From Ignavibacteriales bacterium (GTDB lineage Bacteria; Bacteroidota; Ignavibacteria; UBA10030): a DNA stretch of 64,000 nucleotides. Every line of letters starts with the position of its first letter. Position 1 is the first letter of the stretch. The DNA lies in contig JAPLFP010000355.1 in NCBI GenBank assembly GCA_026390585.1, forward strand, positions 12,779-76,778. The letters are read 5' to 3'. Positions 29,360 through 39,474 of this stretch are shown piece by piece. The translations under genes and the position numbers were made by a program. The notes under the pieces are model-generated. The model worked only from the letters and a program-made list of their open reading frames with translations. It did not search any database and was not told where the DNA came from.

Positions 29360-30940
29360 TTAGAACTTGTACGTGTATTTGCTCCACAGCTCTTCCTGCA
29401 GCTGCCAGTACCGAGCTACCGCGTCATTGGCGATCTTTTGACTGTACTCTGTGAGAAGCCGCTTCACTTGTGCTGGATCTTTTTTGAACATGGCCAGCAT
29501 TTTTGTTTCGAATTCAGGTTGACCGGTGAAGGCCTTTGCTTCAATCTCCCTCCATACATGCTCCACATTTTTCACCATATCCTGATATCGCAAATAGCAC
29601 AGTTGCCCAACAGATCTGAATGCCCACCACGCACAATCCTTCCGGAATTTCGTTCGTCCGTCGACCATGTAACTCTTCGGCATGCTCTCGATGCCACAGT
29701 AAAATGGTGTATGCGGAGTCGTCACAGGATTGTCATATCCCAACCAAACGACGCCGCCAATCGGATCCGGCAGCCAGCTTCTCGATTGCGTGACATGCAC
29801 GTATGTTGCTCGTGGACAAGCAATCGTCCGTTCACTCTTCACGTTGAACAACTGTTTGTAGTCATTGTTCATGAACGGATTCGCAACAGGACTCTTGACG
29901 ACCTTGCCGCTCTTATCTTTCGCAACAACTCCGTTCGTCATGTCGAAATCAGTGTCCTGGTAGTAATCGCGAAACAGGTTGAGGATGTCGCTCACGGAAA
30001 GTTTTCTTTCGGCCTTGACGGAGAGCGGAAAGTTCTCCGCGTTCGGATCCAGTCTCAGAGACGGAGCGGCCATGCTTAGCACGCGCCATTCTCTCCGCCT
30101 CGAATACATGCCGTTCCTGTCCGCATACGCATAGCAGAATTCGAAAGGCTGATCACTCTCAGGCTTCCACCACCCCTTCTCTTGTGCGAGAGTGAAGACA
30201 TTTGCTGATGCCATGAAGCTGTCGGGATCCTTCAGGTTGATCTGACGGATTCTGCTGGCGTTTGCCGAGACCCCGACGTGATCGTCAGGTATTCTCACGG
30301 CTGCCCACACGGCTCCCTTCTTTCCTTTGCCCGGCCCAAGAATTTCGAAATGCCACGTTTCCTTTGTATCGGCAAACGTGAAGCACTCCCCATAGTCGTT
30401 ATACCCATACTGCTTAGTCAGTTCGTCGATGACTCTGATCGCTTCCCTTGCTGTGGTTGCCCTCTCCAACGCGAGCCGGTAGAGTTCGGGGCAATCAAGC
30501 ATGCCCTCATCGCTCTTGAGTTCAATCCTACCTCCGAACGTCGTCTCTCCGATGGCGAGTTGATGTTCATTCATCACTGGATACGCTGAGTTGATGTAGG
30601 CATACGTTTCCGGAACCTGCGGTATCTCACCAACCGATATTGCGTCCGGGTCATTCGGCCCCTTGGTTTCCTTCGGACTCATGTAGACAGGCACCTTTTC
30701 CGCGGCCTTGTGTTTCATGTTTGGAACAACGTTCATCCACGTTCTGTCAGTTTGCGAATCGCACGAATGCGAGGTCATTGTAGACCCATCAATGGACGCA
30801 GCCTTTCCGACGATAATGCTTGTGCAGGCATCGAATTCAGCTTTGTTCCCCTGATCGCTTCGATTGATCGTCGTGCTGCTCAGGATGAAGCAGAGAATGA
30901 AAACGAAGAGAGACGCGGAAACGGAGAGAGTTCTTTTCAT
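29360..30940 (-). CDS. secreted C69 family dipeptidase
   Basis: N-terminal nucleophile Cys in DACTSIIVGK directly after the signal peptide; Peptidase_C69-like length. Confidence 0.7.
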   Translation of the reverse strand: MKRTLSVSASLFVFILCFILSSTTINRSDQGNKAEFDACTSIIVGKAASIDGSTMTSHSCDSQTDRTWMNVVPNMKHKAAEKVPVYMSPKETKGPNDPDAISVGEIPQVPETYAYINSAYPVMNEHQLAIGETTFGGRIELKSDEGMLDCPELYRLALERATTAREAIRVIDELTKQYGYNDYGECFTFADTKETWHFEILGPGKGKKGAVWAAVRIPDDHVGVSANASRIRQINLKDPDSFMASANVFTLAQEKGWWKPESDQPFEFCYAYADRNGMYSRRREWRVLSMAAPSLRLDPNAENFPLSVKAERKLSVSDILNLFRDYYQDTDFDMTNGVVAKDKSGKVVKSPVANPFMNNDYKQLFNVKSERTIACPRATYVHVTQSRSWLPDPIGGVVWLGYDNPVTTPHTPFYCGIESMPKSYMVDGRTKFRKDCAWWAFRSVGQLCYLRYQDMVKNVEHVWREIEAKAFTGQPEFETKMLAMFKKDPAQVKRLLTEYSQKIANDAVARYWQLQEELWSKYTYKF

Positions 30941-31142
30941 TGGTTTCTCGCATAACGTAAAACAGAGGTGTCGGGACTTTGGTCCTGACACTGCGACGCC
31001 TGATTTCGAGACATCGTCATATCAGCGTCAGGAGGTAACTCCTGACGCCACAGCGCTAATTCGTTGCCTTGGCCGCTAGGATCCACACCTTGGCGGTGAA
31101 CCGCTGAGGCTGTCCCACAGACCATAGTTGTCATTTCGAAGG

Positions 31143-31235
31143 AGCCCCGCCTTTGGCGGGGTAGACTCCGCGACTGAGAAATCTGAATGAAACGAAAGAT
31201 TTCTCCCTGCGGTCGAAATGACAATGACACTTTTG
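31143..31235. repeat. palindromic element related to MITE family (TIRs gtcatttcgaagg / gcggtcgaaatgac) with two internal hairpins
   Basis: 11-bp terminal inverted repeat; internal ccccgcc tttg gcgggg and gagaaatct..agatttctc hairpins. Confidence 0.5.
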
Positions 31236-31251
31236 GACGACCTCGTAGGTT

Positions 31252-31932
31252 CTAATAACCCAGTTCTTCACCCACGAGGAAGATGTTCAGCCGATCTTTC
31301 ACCCGATTCGATTCGATGATGGTGATCTGGCTGCACGCTCTTGCCGGAGGGTGACAGTTGTCGTCGTCGCAGAATCCTGTATGTGTGCACGGCGTATCGT
31401 ACCCCAGGCGAATACAGTTCAAAGGAGCTGCGATATCCTTGATCCGTGAAAGGCCGTCTGCCAGCGTCGGAACGATCTTGTTTATCCCCACCATGAGAAT
31501 GACCTTCTTCGGTCCAAAGATCAATCCTGCAACCCGATTTCCCCTGCCGTCCTCATTCACCAGCTTTCCATCGGCCGTAATTGCGTTAGAGCTTGACACG
31601 AGAACGTCGGCAGTCATGCCGCGGAGCATGATTCGCTCCACTTCATCACTGCTGATACCCAGGCGGTAGCGGTCGAGCAATTCAATGTTCATCGATCTCA
31701 ATGCGGCCAGCAAACCCGATTGCATCACGGAAACAGAGCCGCCAAGAGCCACCGTCGCCTGCTGCGGTATCAACTTGCAGATCTCCACAATGGCCTCTGC
31801 GGCAGTACGATAGTAGCAGGCGTTCATGTCTCTTTTCTTGAGGTTCTCGATGACAAATTCGGCTTTTCTTTGATAGATGGCTTCCTTTGGTTTTGTGATG
31901 ATCTCATTCAAATCCATCATGACTGTAGACAT
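31252..31932 (-). CDS. LUD domain protein (LutC/YkgG-like, DUF162)
   Basis: domain-level similarity; GGAGG RBS before MSTVMMDL, so the start is placed at 31932 rather than the ORF-track 32019. Confidence 0.65.
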   Translation of the reverse strand: MSTVMMDLNEIITKPKEAIYQRKAEFVIENLKKRDMNACYYRTAAEAIVEICKLIPQQATVALGGSVSVMQSGLLAALRSMNIELLDRYRLGISSDEVERIMLRGMTADVLVSSSNAITADGKLVNEDGRGNRVAGLIFGPKKVILMVGINKIVPTLADGLSRIKDIAAPLNCIRLGYDTPCTHTGFCDDDNCHPPARACSQITIIESNRVKDRLNIFLVGEELGY

Positions 31933-32059
31933 AACAACCTCCGGCAAAAGTGCGTCAGCGATATGTGTGAGATGACCTGGAAAGAATGTAACACCTTTTC
32001 CAGACATCCTCTCAATCAAAATGCGCTAGAATTCATCCCAAAAAGGATAAGAAAATCTG

Positions 32060-32276
32060 ACGCTAAAACTCGCTGCTCGCAATAGACTATAGCAACGAGT
32101 CATTGCGAGCGTTCTTTGCGAAGCAATCTATACATGGACAGATTGCTTCGTCGTCCCGTCAGAAAGCAACGGGACTTCTCGCAATGACTTGGTTGTATGT
32201 ATTGGTCTGCGCCTTTGCATTTCCGCCCTATGAATCCCGCCTATGAGCGGAATCCGAAAGTGGGACTTTGCGTGAG
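32060..32276. repeat. MITE-like palindromic repeat, copy B (most complete)
   Basis: arms agtcattgcgagcgttctttgcgaagcaatc / gattgcttcgtcg...ctcgcaatgact, plus cccgcctatgagcggaatcc and gggactttgcgtgag modules. Confidence 0.75.
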
Positions 32277-32426
32277 ATTATTAGCTGAGACAGATTCATT
32301 TTTGAGGTGGTTTCTGAACACCAGGCATGAAATAAAAATGCGCCGAATGGTCTCAGCGCATTTCTTCAGGTGCAACAATATGTCATCAGTCAATTCATTG
32401 CCACAAATGCGAAATCAGGCTCGGAC

Positions 32427-32906
32427 TCAGTGGTGCCCGCCGGATCCATGAACATGACCGTGGTCGAGCTCATCGGGCGTCGGTTCCCGAACGCCGACAA
32501 CCTTCACCTCGAAATTCAGAGTCTTTCCGGCGAGTGGATGGTTTGCGTCGACGGTGACAGTATCCCCCTCGACTTTTGTGACGGTAACAATTTGTTCCCC
32601 CGTGCTGCTGTGGACGCCGAATTGCATTCCGGTTTGCACGTCGTCGACACCGCTGAACTGAGTCTTCGGGATTTCGATGATCTTCTCCTGATCCCACTCA
32701 CCGTACGCATCGACCGGCGGCACGGAGACTTTCAATGTCTCACCAGCGCTCTTTCCCTCGAGCGACGCCTCGAGCCCGGGGATGATGTTTCCGATGCCAT
32801 GAATGTAAGTCATCGGTTCCTGGCCTTCAGAGCTTTCGATCAGAGCACCGGATTCGTCTGTCAATATATACTCGATGGTGACGACTTTGTTTTTCTGAAT
32901 TGTCAT
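32427..32906 (-). CDS. slyD: FKBP-type peptidyl-prolyl cis-trans isomerase SlyD (His-rich C-terminus)
   Basis: FKBP domain plus an IF-like insert and an HGHVHGSGGHH tail. Confidence 0.8.
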   Translation of the reverse strand: MTIQKNKVVTIEYILTDESGALIESSEGQEPMTYIHGIGNIIPGLEASLEGKSAGETLKVSVPPVDAYGEWDQEKIIEIPKTQFSGVDDVQTGMQFGVHSSTGEQIVTVTKVEGDTVTVDANHPLAGKTLNFEVKVVGVREPTPDELDHGHVHGSGGHH

Positions 32907-33059
32907 TGCAGTCTTTTGTGTTGGGAAAAAGTTGAACATGCAAGATAGAAAGAACCGTACAAACTGCAAGGAATTTCGGGGAGTGTTGCACCAAGCTGCG
33001 GCTTCAATAGGTGCTCACTCTATATTATGGGAGATCACTGGTGGATTACAGCGGTGGTG

Positions 33060-33312
33060 CGGAAGGATGAATCTGGAAATACCAAGGAAACTCTAAATCC
33101 GTAGTCAAATAAATCCTAAATTCCAAATTCGAAGTCTCAAAGAAATCTCAAACCCTAAATCCGAAATCTCAAAGAAATCCCAAACTTGAAATTGCAAACA
33201 AACACAAGACTCGAAAACCAAAGCAGGAACCCATTTGAGATTTGTCATTTAGGATTTCGTATTTCCTTTGTATTCCCTTGGGATTTCGATATTAGAGTTT
33301 CGGATTTTGCCC
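33060..33312. repeat. A/T-rich low-complexity inverted repeat ('empty' IVS-like element)
   Basis: left half is rich in AAATC/CAAAG units (aaatctcaaagaaatc x2); the right half is its approximate reverse complement (gagattt, ggatttcg). Confidence 0.5.
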
Positions 33313-33322
33313 TTCACTCTTG

Positions 33323-33715
33323 TCAGTTCACGATTTCCACGATCCCACGTTTCGTTGGTGACACTCGGATGCGGACGCGAATCGAATCTCCGTCGCTGGC
33401 GACAATTTTCCCAACGCCAACAATCACACAGTCATCATCTTGTGCACTTTCGACGTAGTACCGTGCGTTTGGGTTTTCCCCCATCGCGGCTATTTGTCCG
33501 ATCGTCACACCGTTGAAACTCTTGTTGCCTCCTCCTTGCGTCGCCGGTTTCCAGTAATACGTCAGCGCTTTTCCTGCGAAGGCGTGCAGGTCGGTCATGA
33601 TCGCACTTCGGGTGTTTTCAACTGCGTTTGCTGAGAACATGGAAACGCCGACGAAGATCGCTACACCGACAAGAATCACAGCCAAAATAACGAGCAGGAG
33701 TTGTGTTTGTCCCAT
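33323..33715 (-). CDS. hypothetical membrane-anchored protein (pilin-like N-terminal hydrophobic helix)
   Basis: N-terminal TM helix followed by an ~100-aa beta-rich domain; no confident family assignment. Confidence 0.4.
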   Translation of the reverse strand: MGQTQLLLVILAVILVGVAIFVGVSMFSANAVENTRSAIMTDLHAFAGKALTYYWKPATQGGGNKSFNGVTIGQIAAMGENPNARYYVESAQDDDCVIVGVGKIVASDGDSIRVRIRVSPTKRGIVEIVN

Positions 33716-33736
33716 TGCTCTGCAATTTTATAAGGA

Positions 33737-34408
33737 TCACACTTCCTTCTTGCTGTATAGCCGAGCCGAAATCTGAACGGAGACTGCCATGCTAGCAATT
33801 ATGAAAACACCCGCAAGCAGTAGCCAATTCGACAACCCAAAATACAGTGTTTCGTGGTCAGAAAACGGGAGCAGGCAGTCGACAATTCGTGGCCAGGCTA
33901 TTACCAGAATCAGATATCCGATCAAGATACGCCACAACGTGCCGTGGCGAACAATCAAAGGAATCACGACGGCAATTGTGAGGCTAAGTGCAAGCGCCCG
34001 AGCGATCAAGTTCTGCGCGAAACCATAATACAAATCGCCCAAGCGGACAGCGGTAAACGCAAGAGGTCCCAACGCTTCGTCCGAACCCACGATTCTTTGA
34101 GAAAAGAAGCCGTAAAGCACATTGGCCATTACGAGCAGAAGAACAAACAAGTATCGTGCGCTCATGACTTTGACATGGCTGATCGGGAGACTCCGATATA
34201 CAACTTGGTGCGCATTCTGTACTTCTCTCAGGAATACAGCGAGTACCATCACTGAAGCAGACATCAAACCCAATTGAATTCCACCAATGCCATAGTTGGC
34301 GAGCATGGCCAGGTGGCCCAAGGCGACCTCGACCAGAATGTAGATAGCAAGCGTCCAAAGGAGGAGAACCGCATTGAGCTTGAAATCATTTATGATGAGC
34401 CTGAGCAC
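33737..34408 (-). CDS. ABC-2 type transporter permease
   Basis: multi-pass membrane protein; part of a GntR-ABC operon; paralog of 34609-35151. Confidence 0.55.
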   Translation of the reverse strand: MLRLIINDFKLNAVLLLWTLAIYILVEVALGHLAMLANYGIGGIQLGLMSASVMVLAVFLREVQNAHQVVYRSLPISHVKVMSARYLFVLLLVMANVLYGFFSQRIVGSDEALGPLAFTAVRLGDLYYGFAQNLIARALALSLTIAVVIPLIVRHGTLWRILIGYLILVIAWPRIVDCLLPFSDHETLYFGLSNWLLLAGVFIIASMAVSVQISARLYSKKEV

Positions 34409-34608
34409 GACTAACCCCCTTGTGCATGAATTCGGACCGCGTAGTCAACAATTCCTTCTAGATCGGAAGTACTGAAAGTTCACAGAAGAACAGAATTGGC
34501 CGTATTTTCAATTGTTTCAGTTACCGTCTCCATGAAATCTATGCAGCGGTGCTTCAAGCGACGTTCCTTGACAATCACAATTGTCTCTATCCATCAGGTC
34601 AGGTCCTC

Positions 34609-35151
34609 TCATAGTTCTTTCCGAGCGTACAACCAAGTGGAGAGCCGGATGGACACGGCCAAGATCACGATCATGAAGACCACCACCAAAAACACCGATC
34701 CGAGTGATCCGAAGACGAGTGCCGAAGAAACTGACCAGCGTTGCAAGTAAGGAATACATCTCGACCAACCAACCATTACAACAACGAAAAGGAAATACAA
34801 ATCCATATGGCTAATCCATTCAGGCAACCCGACGACGCGCTGATAAAACATGCCATACAACATATTGGCAATTACAAAGAGAGCAACTGACAAATATCTG
34901 GCGTACACCGCCTTTGCGTGACTGATCGGGAGGCTGCGGTTGATAATCTGGCCCCTGTTCTGCTCCTCTCTTAGGAACACAGCAACTACCATCGCCGAGG
35001 CGAATGCGATTCCAGACTGGAGTCCGCTCAAGAGGTATTTGCCGGGTCCACCCAGCCAAGCCATCAGGACCAGCTGTACGTTAAAGAGAAGAAAAACCCA
35101 GAACACAAAAACCGCGTTCAACCTGAAATCATTTGCGAGGAGTCTGAGCAT
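34609..35151 (-). CDS. ABC-2 type transporter permease (paralog)
   Basis: N-terminus MLRLLANDFRLNAV parallels MLRLIINDFKLNAV of the neighbouring permease. Confidence 0.55.
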   Translation of the reverse strand: MLRLLANDFRLNAVFVFWVFLLFNVQLVLMAWLGGPGKYLLSGLQSGIAFASAMVVAVFLREEQNRGQIINRSLPISHAKAVYARYLSVALFVIANMLYGMFYQRVVGLPEWISHMDLYFLFVVVMVGWSRCIPYLQRWSVSSALVFGSLGSVFLVVVFMIVILAVSIRLSTWLYARKEL

Positions 35152-36010
35152 TATCGCCTCCCTTATGCATAAAGAAGATCAGATCTTCCAGCGTCGGTTT
35201 ATCAATCAATACTTCGGAACTCAGCTGTTGCCGCACCACAGGGACATCTGACGTCAGCGCTTCGAACCCGTGCTGATGCTTTCTCCATCCTCTGAAAAAG
35301 TGCTTGTTGTCGCTTGTGATGAAGTCCTCACGGGCTTTCACAATTCCCCATTTCTCCTGAATTTCATCCTTCCATAAAGAGCAGCGGAGCTCGCCGTCCT
35401 CGATGAGGATTACATGATCCGCAATTCTGTCCAAATCGGAGGTAATGTGAGTCGAGAAAAGCACAGACTTCTCTTCACTCTGCATTATTTCACTGAGCAT
35501 TTCCAGGAACTCCCGCCGGAAGAGTGGATCGAGCCCTGTGGTCGGCTCGTCCATGATAATCAAGTCTGCATCGTGCGACAACGCCAGTGCCAGCGAGAAC
35601 TTGGTCTTCATCCCTTTCGAGAGGGCGCTGAACCTCTTCTTGCGCGATAGTCCAAACCGGTCGAGCAAGCCGAGGAATTGTTTCTCGTTCCATCGAGAAT
35701 AAAACGGGCCTATGGACCGCATGAGGGTGAGCAGGTCCTGATCTTCATAGAAATAGGGCGTATCGTACACAAAGCCAATTCTATCCTTGACCTCAACTTC
35801 ATGCTTCTTATTATCCAGGCCGAAGACCCTGATTGTTCCTTCATCCCTCCGGATCAAGTTCATAATCAGCTTAATGATCGTTGTCTTCCCGGCACCATTG
35901 GGACCAATCAGTCCTGTGATGTATCCTTTCGGGATGGCAAATGAAACGTTCCTGAGAATGAAATCTTTGTATGTCTTGCGAAGTGATTCGATCTCGATGA
36001 CGTTTTCCAT
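35129..36010 (-). CDS. ABC transporter ATP-binding protein
   Basis: Walker A GPNGAGKTT, signature LSKGMKTK, and Walker B IIMDEPTTGLD. Confidence 0.85.
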   Translation of the reverse strand: MENVIEIESLRKTYKDFILRNVSFAIPKGYITGLIGPNGAGKTTIIKLIMNLIRRDEGTIRVFGLDNKKHEVEVKDRIGFVYDTPYFYEDQDLLTLMRSIGPFYSRWNEKQFLGLLDRFGLSRKKRFSALSKGMKTKFSLALALSHDADLIIMDEPTTGLDPLFRREFLEMLSEIMQSEEKSVLFSTHITSDLDRIADHVILIEDGELRCSLWKDEIQEKWGIVKAREDFITSDNKHFFRGWRKHQHGFEALTSDVPVVRQQLSSEVLIDKPTLEDLIFFMHKGGDNAQTPRK

Positions 36011-36137
36011 CAGTCTTCCTCTAGGAGTAATGAGAGCATCCGCTCGAGTTCCTTTTTCTTGACTCCAAGCCTCTTCGCCGCTTCTACTGCTTCTGTCAGC
36101 TTTGATTCGATGAGCTTAGCTTCTTTTCTTTCAGAAG

Positions 36138-36383
36138 TCACTTATTCTTCGCTGAGATGAATGTCCCCTTTCCTGCGACGGATGAGATAAGTCCCTCCTT
36201 CTCCAGGTCATCGTAGGCCCGCTTCGTGGTGATGACGCTGATTTGCAGGTCGAGTGCCAGCTTGCGAATCGACGGCAGAGCTTCGCCATGAGAGAGATCG
36301 CCAGTGACGATCTGGCGTGTGATCTCGGATTTGATCTGCTCGTAGATTGGATCGGAAGATGAGTTGGAAATGAGGATTTTCAC
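36138..36383 (-). CDS. GntR family transcriptional regulator (short YtrA-like)
   Basis: wHTH segment LPSIRKLALDLQISVITTKRAYDDLEKEGLI. Confidence 0.75.
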   Translation of the reverse strand: MKILISNSSSDPIYEQIKSEITRQIVTGDLSHGEALPSIRKLALDLQISVITTKRAYDDLEKEGLISSVAGKGTFISAKNK

Positions 36384-36420
36384 TGAGCGTGTCTACCTGT
36401 GAAGAATGACAGGATCTCGT

Positions 36421-36456
36421 CACTGTATATACTGTATATAAGCTATATATACAGTT
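36421..36456. promoter_or_regulatory. candidate GntR operator: ACTGTATATA-AGC-TATATACAGT palindrome with extra upstream half-site
   Basis: perfect 10-bp inverted repeat 38-70 bp upstream of the GntR start codon; matches the GntR-type T-rich operator style. Confidence 0.55.
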
Positions 36457-36623
36457 GGAGAAAGTCAAGTGAAAAATGAGCCTTGAATCGGTTCCGAAGG
36501 ATGCTCAGATTTCGGTGGGAGCCTTAGATAAAGAGGATGCGACTATGCTGAATGATCGAACCTGAGACAGGCACAACCCGTGCCTGTCTCAGCGAGAGAG
36601 TAAAGTGAAACACCGTTTGCCGT

Positions 36624-37973
36624 TTAGTGCTTTTCTGCCGCCTGTATTTCCCTCGCCACGCGCTCGGCTTCCCTCCACACACGAAGCAGGTTTTCTCCCC
36701 AGATTTTCCTGATGTCGTCTTCCGTGTATCCGCGTTTCACCAGCTCCAGCGTGATATTGAACGCATCGTCCGCACCATTCCACCCGGTGACGCCGCCTCC
36801 GCCGTCGAAGTCGGACCCGATTCCCACATGGTCCACGCCGATGACTTTCACAATATGGTCAATGTGGTCGACCATATCCTGCACAGTGACTTGCGGACGC
36901 GGGAATTTCGCATTGATCTCCGCCGTCTTTTCCCGGTATTTTGCCCGCTGCTCCTGCGTGAGTGCCTGCATTGCTTGACGTGCTCCTGCCCCGCGCCCTT
37001 CCGGCAACCCATATTCTTTGCGGAGGGCCTCTAACGCCGCCACACGCTCAGGCGAATCCTGCCTGGTCTTGATATACTCGGCTAGGGAAACCACTTGCAC
37101 AACGCCGCCATGCGCTTTGATCGCCTGAAGTGTTTCGTCATCAACATTGCGCGGATTCTTGCTTACCACATCCGCACCTGAATGAGAGGCGATCACCGGA
37201 GCTTTGGACAGCGTAAGAGCTGCTAGCGTTGCCTTTTTCGAAGCGTGCGATACATCGACCATGATCCCCAATCTGTTCATTTCCTGCACTACCTGTACGC
37301 CAAACGGACTGAGACCGCCATAAAGCTCTTTCGCTTCATCATCTCTGGGTGTCGAAGAATCACAGATCTGATTGTGGTCGCTGTGCGTCAACGTGATGTA
37401 CCGCGCCCCTTTGTCATAGAATTCTTTCACTCGGCTGAGATCCGTGCCGATCGGATAGCCGTTTTCGACGCCGATGCACGCAACAAGCTTCCCGCTCTTG
37501 TGAATCCGGACAACGTCATCTGCCGTGTACGCAATGTCGATTTGATCGGAATAGTTCGTCGGGAGGCGATGAACTACATCGAAGAGATTCTGGGCATTCC
37601 GATACGCGTTCTCATACGCTGAGTCTGTTCGCACGCCGACCGGTGTGAACACTGCGAAGAACTCTGCATCCAATCCCCCTTTCCGCATCTTTGGAAGGGT
37701 GACCTGCCGCTTGTTCTCTGGACTGCCGACATCATCTTTTTCCGATGCAAAATTGGCGGAGATATCCGCATGCGTATCCATCGTGAGCGCGCGTTCATGG
37801 ATACCCTTCGCCAGCGCGCGTATTTCTTCTTCGCTCCCCGTTCTCGGCTGTCGCTGGGTCGTGCTCAGCGAAGAACATCCTTGAAGAAAGAGAAAGAGTG
37901 TCACCAGAATTAATACAGGCAAAGCCTGCAAAACGTGAAGTGATCTTAGGAAACGGAAATCGAGGGAGGACAT
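36624..37973 (-). CDS. membrane dipeptidase (peptidase family M19), lipoprotein
   Basis: M19 metal-binding motifs (HxD region, DVSH, SHSGA, IGSDFDGGGG); LQGC lipobox. Confidence 0.8.
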   Translation of the reverse strand: MSSLDFRFLRSLHVLQALPVLILVTLFLFLQGCSSLSTTQRQPRTGSEEEIRALAKGIHERALTMDTHADISANFASEKDDVGSPENKRQVTLPKMRKGGLDAEFFAVFTPVGVRTDSAYENAYRNAQNLFDVVHRLPTNYSDQIDIAYTADDVVRIHKSGKLVACIGVENGYPIGTDLSRVKEFYDKGARYITLTHSDHNQICDSSTPRDDEAKELYGGLSPFGVQVVQEMNRLGIMVDVSHASKKATLAALTLSKAPVIASHSGADVVSKNPRNVDDETLQAIKAHGGVVQVVSLAEYIKTRQDSPERVAALEALRKEYGLPEGRGAGARQAMQALTQEQRAKYREKTAEINAKFPRPQVTVQDMVDHIDHIVKVIGVDHVGIGSDFDGGGGVTGWNGADDAFNITLELVKRGYTEDDIRKIWGENLLRVWREAERVAREIQAAEKH

Positions 37974-38107
37974 GGGAGTTTGTTCAGCAAATGGTTGATG
38001 TCGGTCCGTGCGTGACCATTGTGGTTAGGTAAAACAAATGTAGGGGAGTTTTCCGGGAAAGCAAGCGCAAACCAGACAGAAGAACTGAGATTTGATGCTT
38101 TAGAAGC

Positions 38108-39187
38108 TTATCTCACAGCAGGGAGAACACTGTTCATGATGATTTCTATCGTGCTCATCCATTGATCGTTCCCGGTTCTCCCGGAGTAGGTCCAGTTGCT
38201 GCGGGTCACCACGACAAGTCGTAGGGCAGGAACGACAACGATGAATTGCCCACCATAGCCATTGGCGAAGTAATAGTCGTACTGGCCTGTGCGGCCAATC
38301 CACCAGAGATACCCGTATCCAGACCCATGGGGAATGACGTTGTTTGTGGAAATCTGTCCCCGCGTCGATGCACGCACCCAATCTGCCGAGACAATCCTCC
38401 TTCCTCCAAATTCCCCTTCATTCAAATAGAGCAATCCGATGTTCACCATATCCATTGGCTTCAGGGAGAGTTGGTAGCCGCCATAGTTGTAGCCGCGTTC
38501 ATCAGCCATCCAGGGACGATCTCCCATCATGCCGAGGGGTTCAAACAAGTTTTGTCTGGCGAATTCCAGCAGATTGACCCCCGTGGCCTTCTTGAAGATC
38601 GCTGAGAGTAGTTGGCACGCTGCCGTGTTGTACGTGAACGTGGTGCCAGGAGTGTTGACGACCGGAAGCTGAAGCGCATGTTGAACGTGATCGGGAGCGT
38701 AGTACCAGCTGTCGAGAGACGAAGAGTTCTGAAGTTCTTCCCATTGAAAGCCACCGCTCATCGTCAGAAGATTTCGGATGGAGATGGTGCTCGTTATCGA
38801 GGGGATCGCATCGTAGGAATCGCCCAGATAGTCATTCACGGTCGCATCGAGGCTGCGAATCATTCCTCTATCGACTGCAATTCCGAAGAGGATGGAGACA
38901 ACGCTCTTGGTGACCGACCGGACATGATAGAGAACTTCACGTCCGTCGCTCCGGAAGTACTCTTCTCCAACCAGAACGCCATTCCTGACAACGAGCAGGC
39001 TCATGACGCCCTGATTCAGTTTGGCTTCATCATAGGCTTGTGCAAGTCTCGTCGCATCGATGTTCTGTGCCGAGGCTTGGGGAAAACGCACATCATCGGC
39101 GTTGACTGGTTTGTCGCCGGCGCAGGAAACGAACGCAAGCGACACCAAAAGAGCCAGTACGGCCTGTGTGATTATATCTGTCTTCAT
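38108..39187 (-). CDS. serine hydrolase, beta-lactamase/transpeptidase-like family, lipoprotein
   Basis: S-x-x-K motif SVTKSV; class C/PBP-like fold; lipobox VSCAG. Confidence 0.75.
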   Translation of the reverse strand: MKTDIITQAVLALLVSLAFVSCAGDKPVNADDVRFPQASAQNIDATRLAQAYDEAKLNQGVMSLLVVRNGVLVGEEYFRSDGREVLYHVRSVTKSVVSILFGIAVDRGMIRSLDATVNDYLGDSYDAIPSITSTISIRNLLTMSGGFQWEELQNSSSLDSWYYAPDHVQHALQLPVVNTPGTTFTYNTAACQLLSAIFKKATGVNLLEFARQNLFEPLGMMGDRPWMADERGYNYGGYQLSLKPMDMVNIGLLYLNEGEFGGRRIVSADWVRASTRGQISTNNVIPHGSGYGYLWWIGRTGQYDYYFANGYGGQFIVVVPALRLVVVTRSNWTYSGRTGNDQWMSTIEIIMNSVLPAVR

Positions 39188-39474
39188 TCGACCACCAATC
39201 AAGAACAGTTTGTTTGGCCGATACTTCACTTTGGCGTCGCAGCGGGCGGCTTCAGGCTTGTCACTCTACTGTTGCTTGGGGCGTCCCGCTTGATTACTTC
39301 GTACAGCGAACCGTAGCTAGAGGCCCGGGTGAAAACCCTCTCAGGTGGTGTGAGGACTTTCGCTCCGACACGACTGCGCACTTTTTTGCTGTCTGGAGGA
39401 AACTCTCCGAAGGAGCCCTTCGGGCCTGACAGCAAACACGTGGTTTTCTTCCGAGCTTCCAAGGAAGGGGAACT

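Noticed and set aside
39390-39440. SRP (4.5S) RNA domain-IV-like hairpin
   Set aside because: It lacks the conserved GGAAGCAGCC 3' strand and the symmetric loop nucleotides. The similarity is limited to a tetraloop-closed stem.
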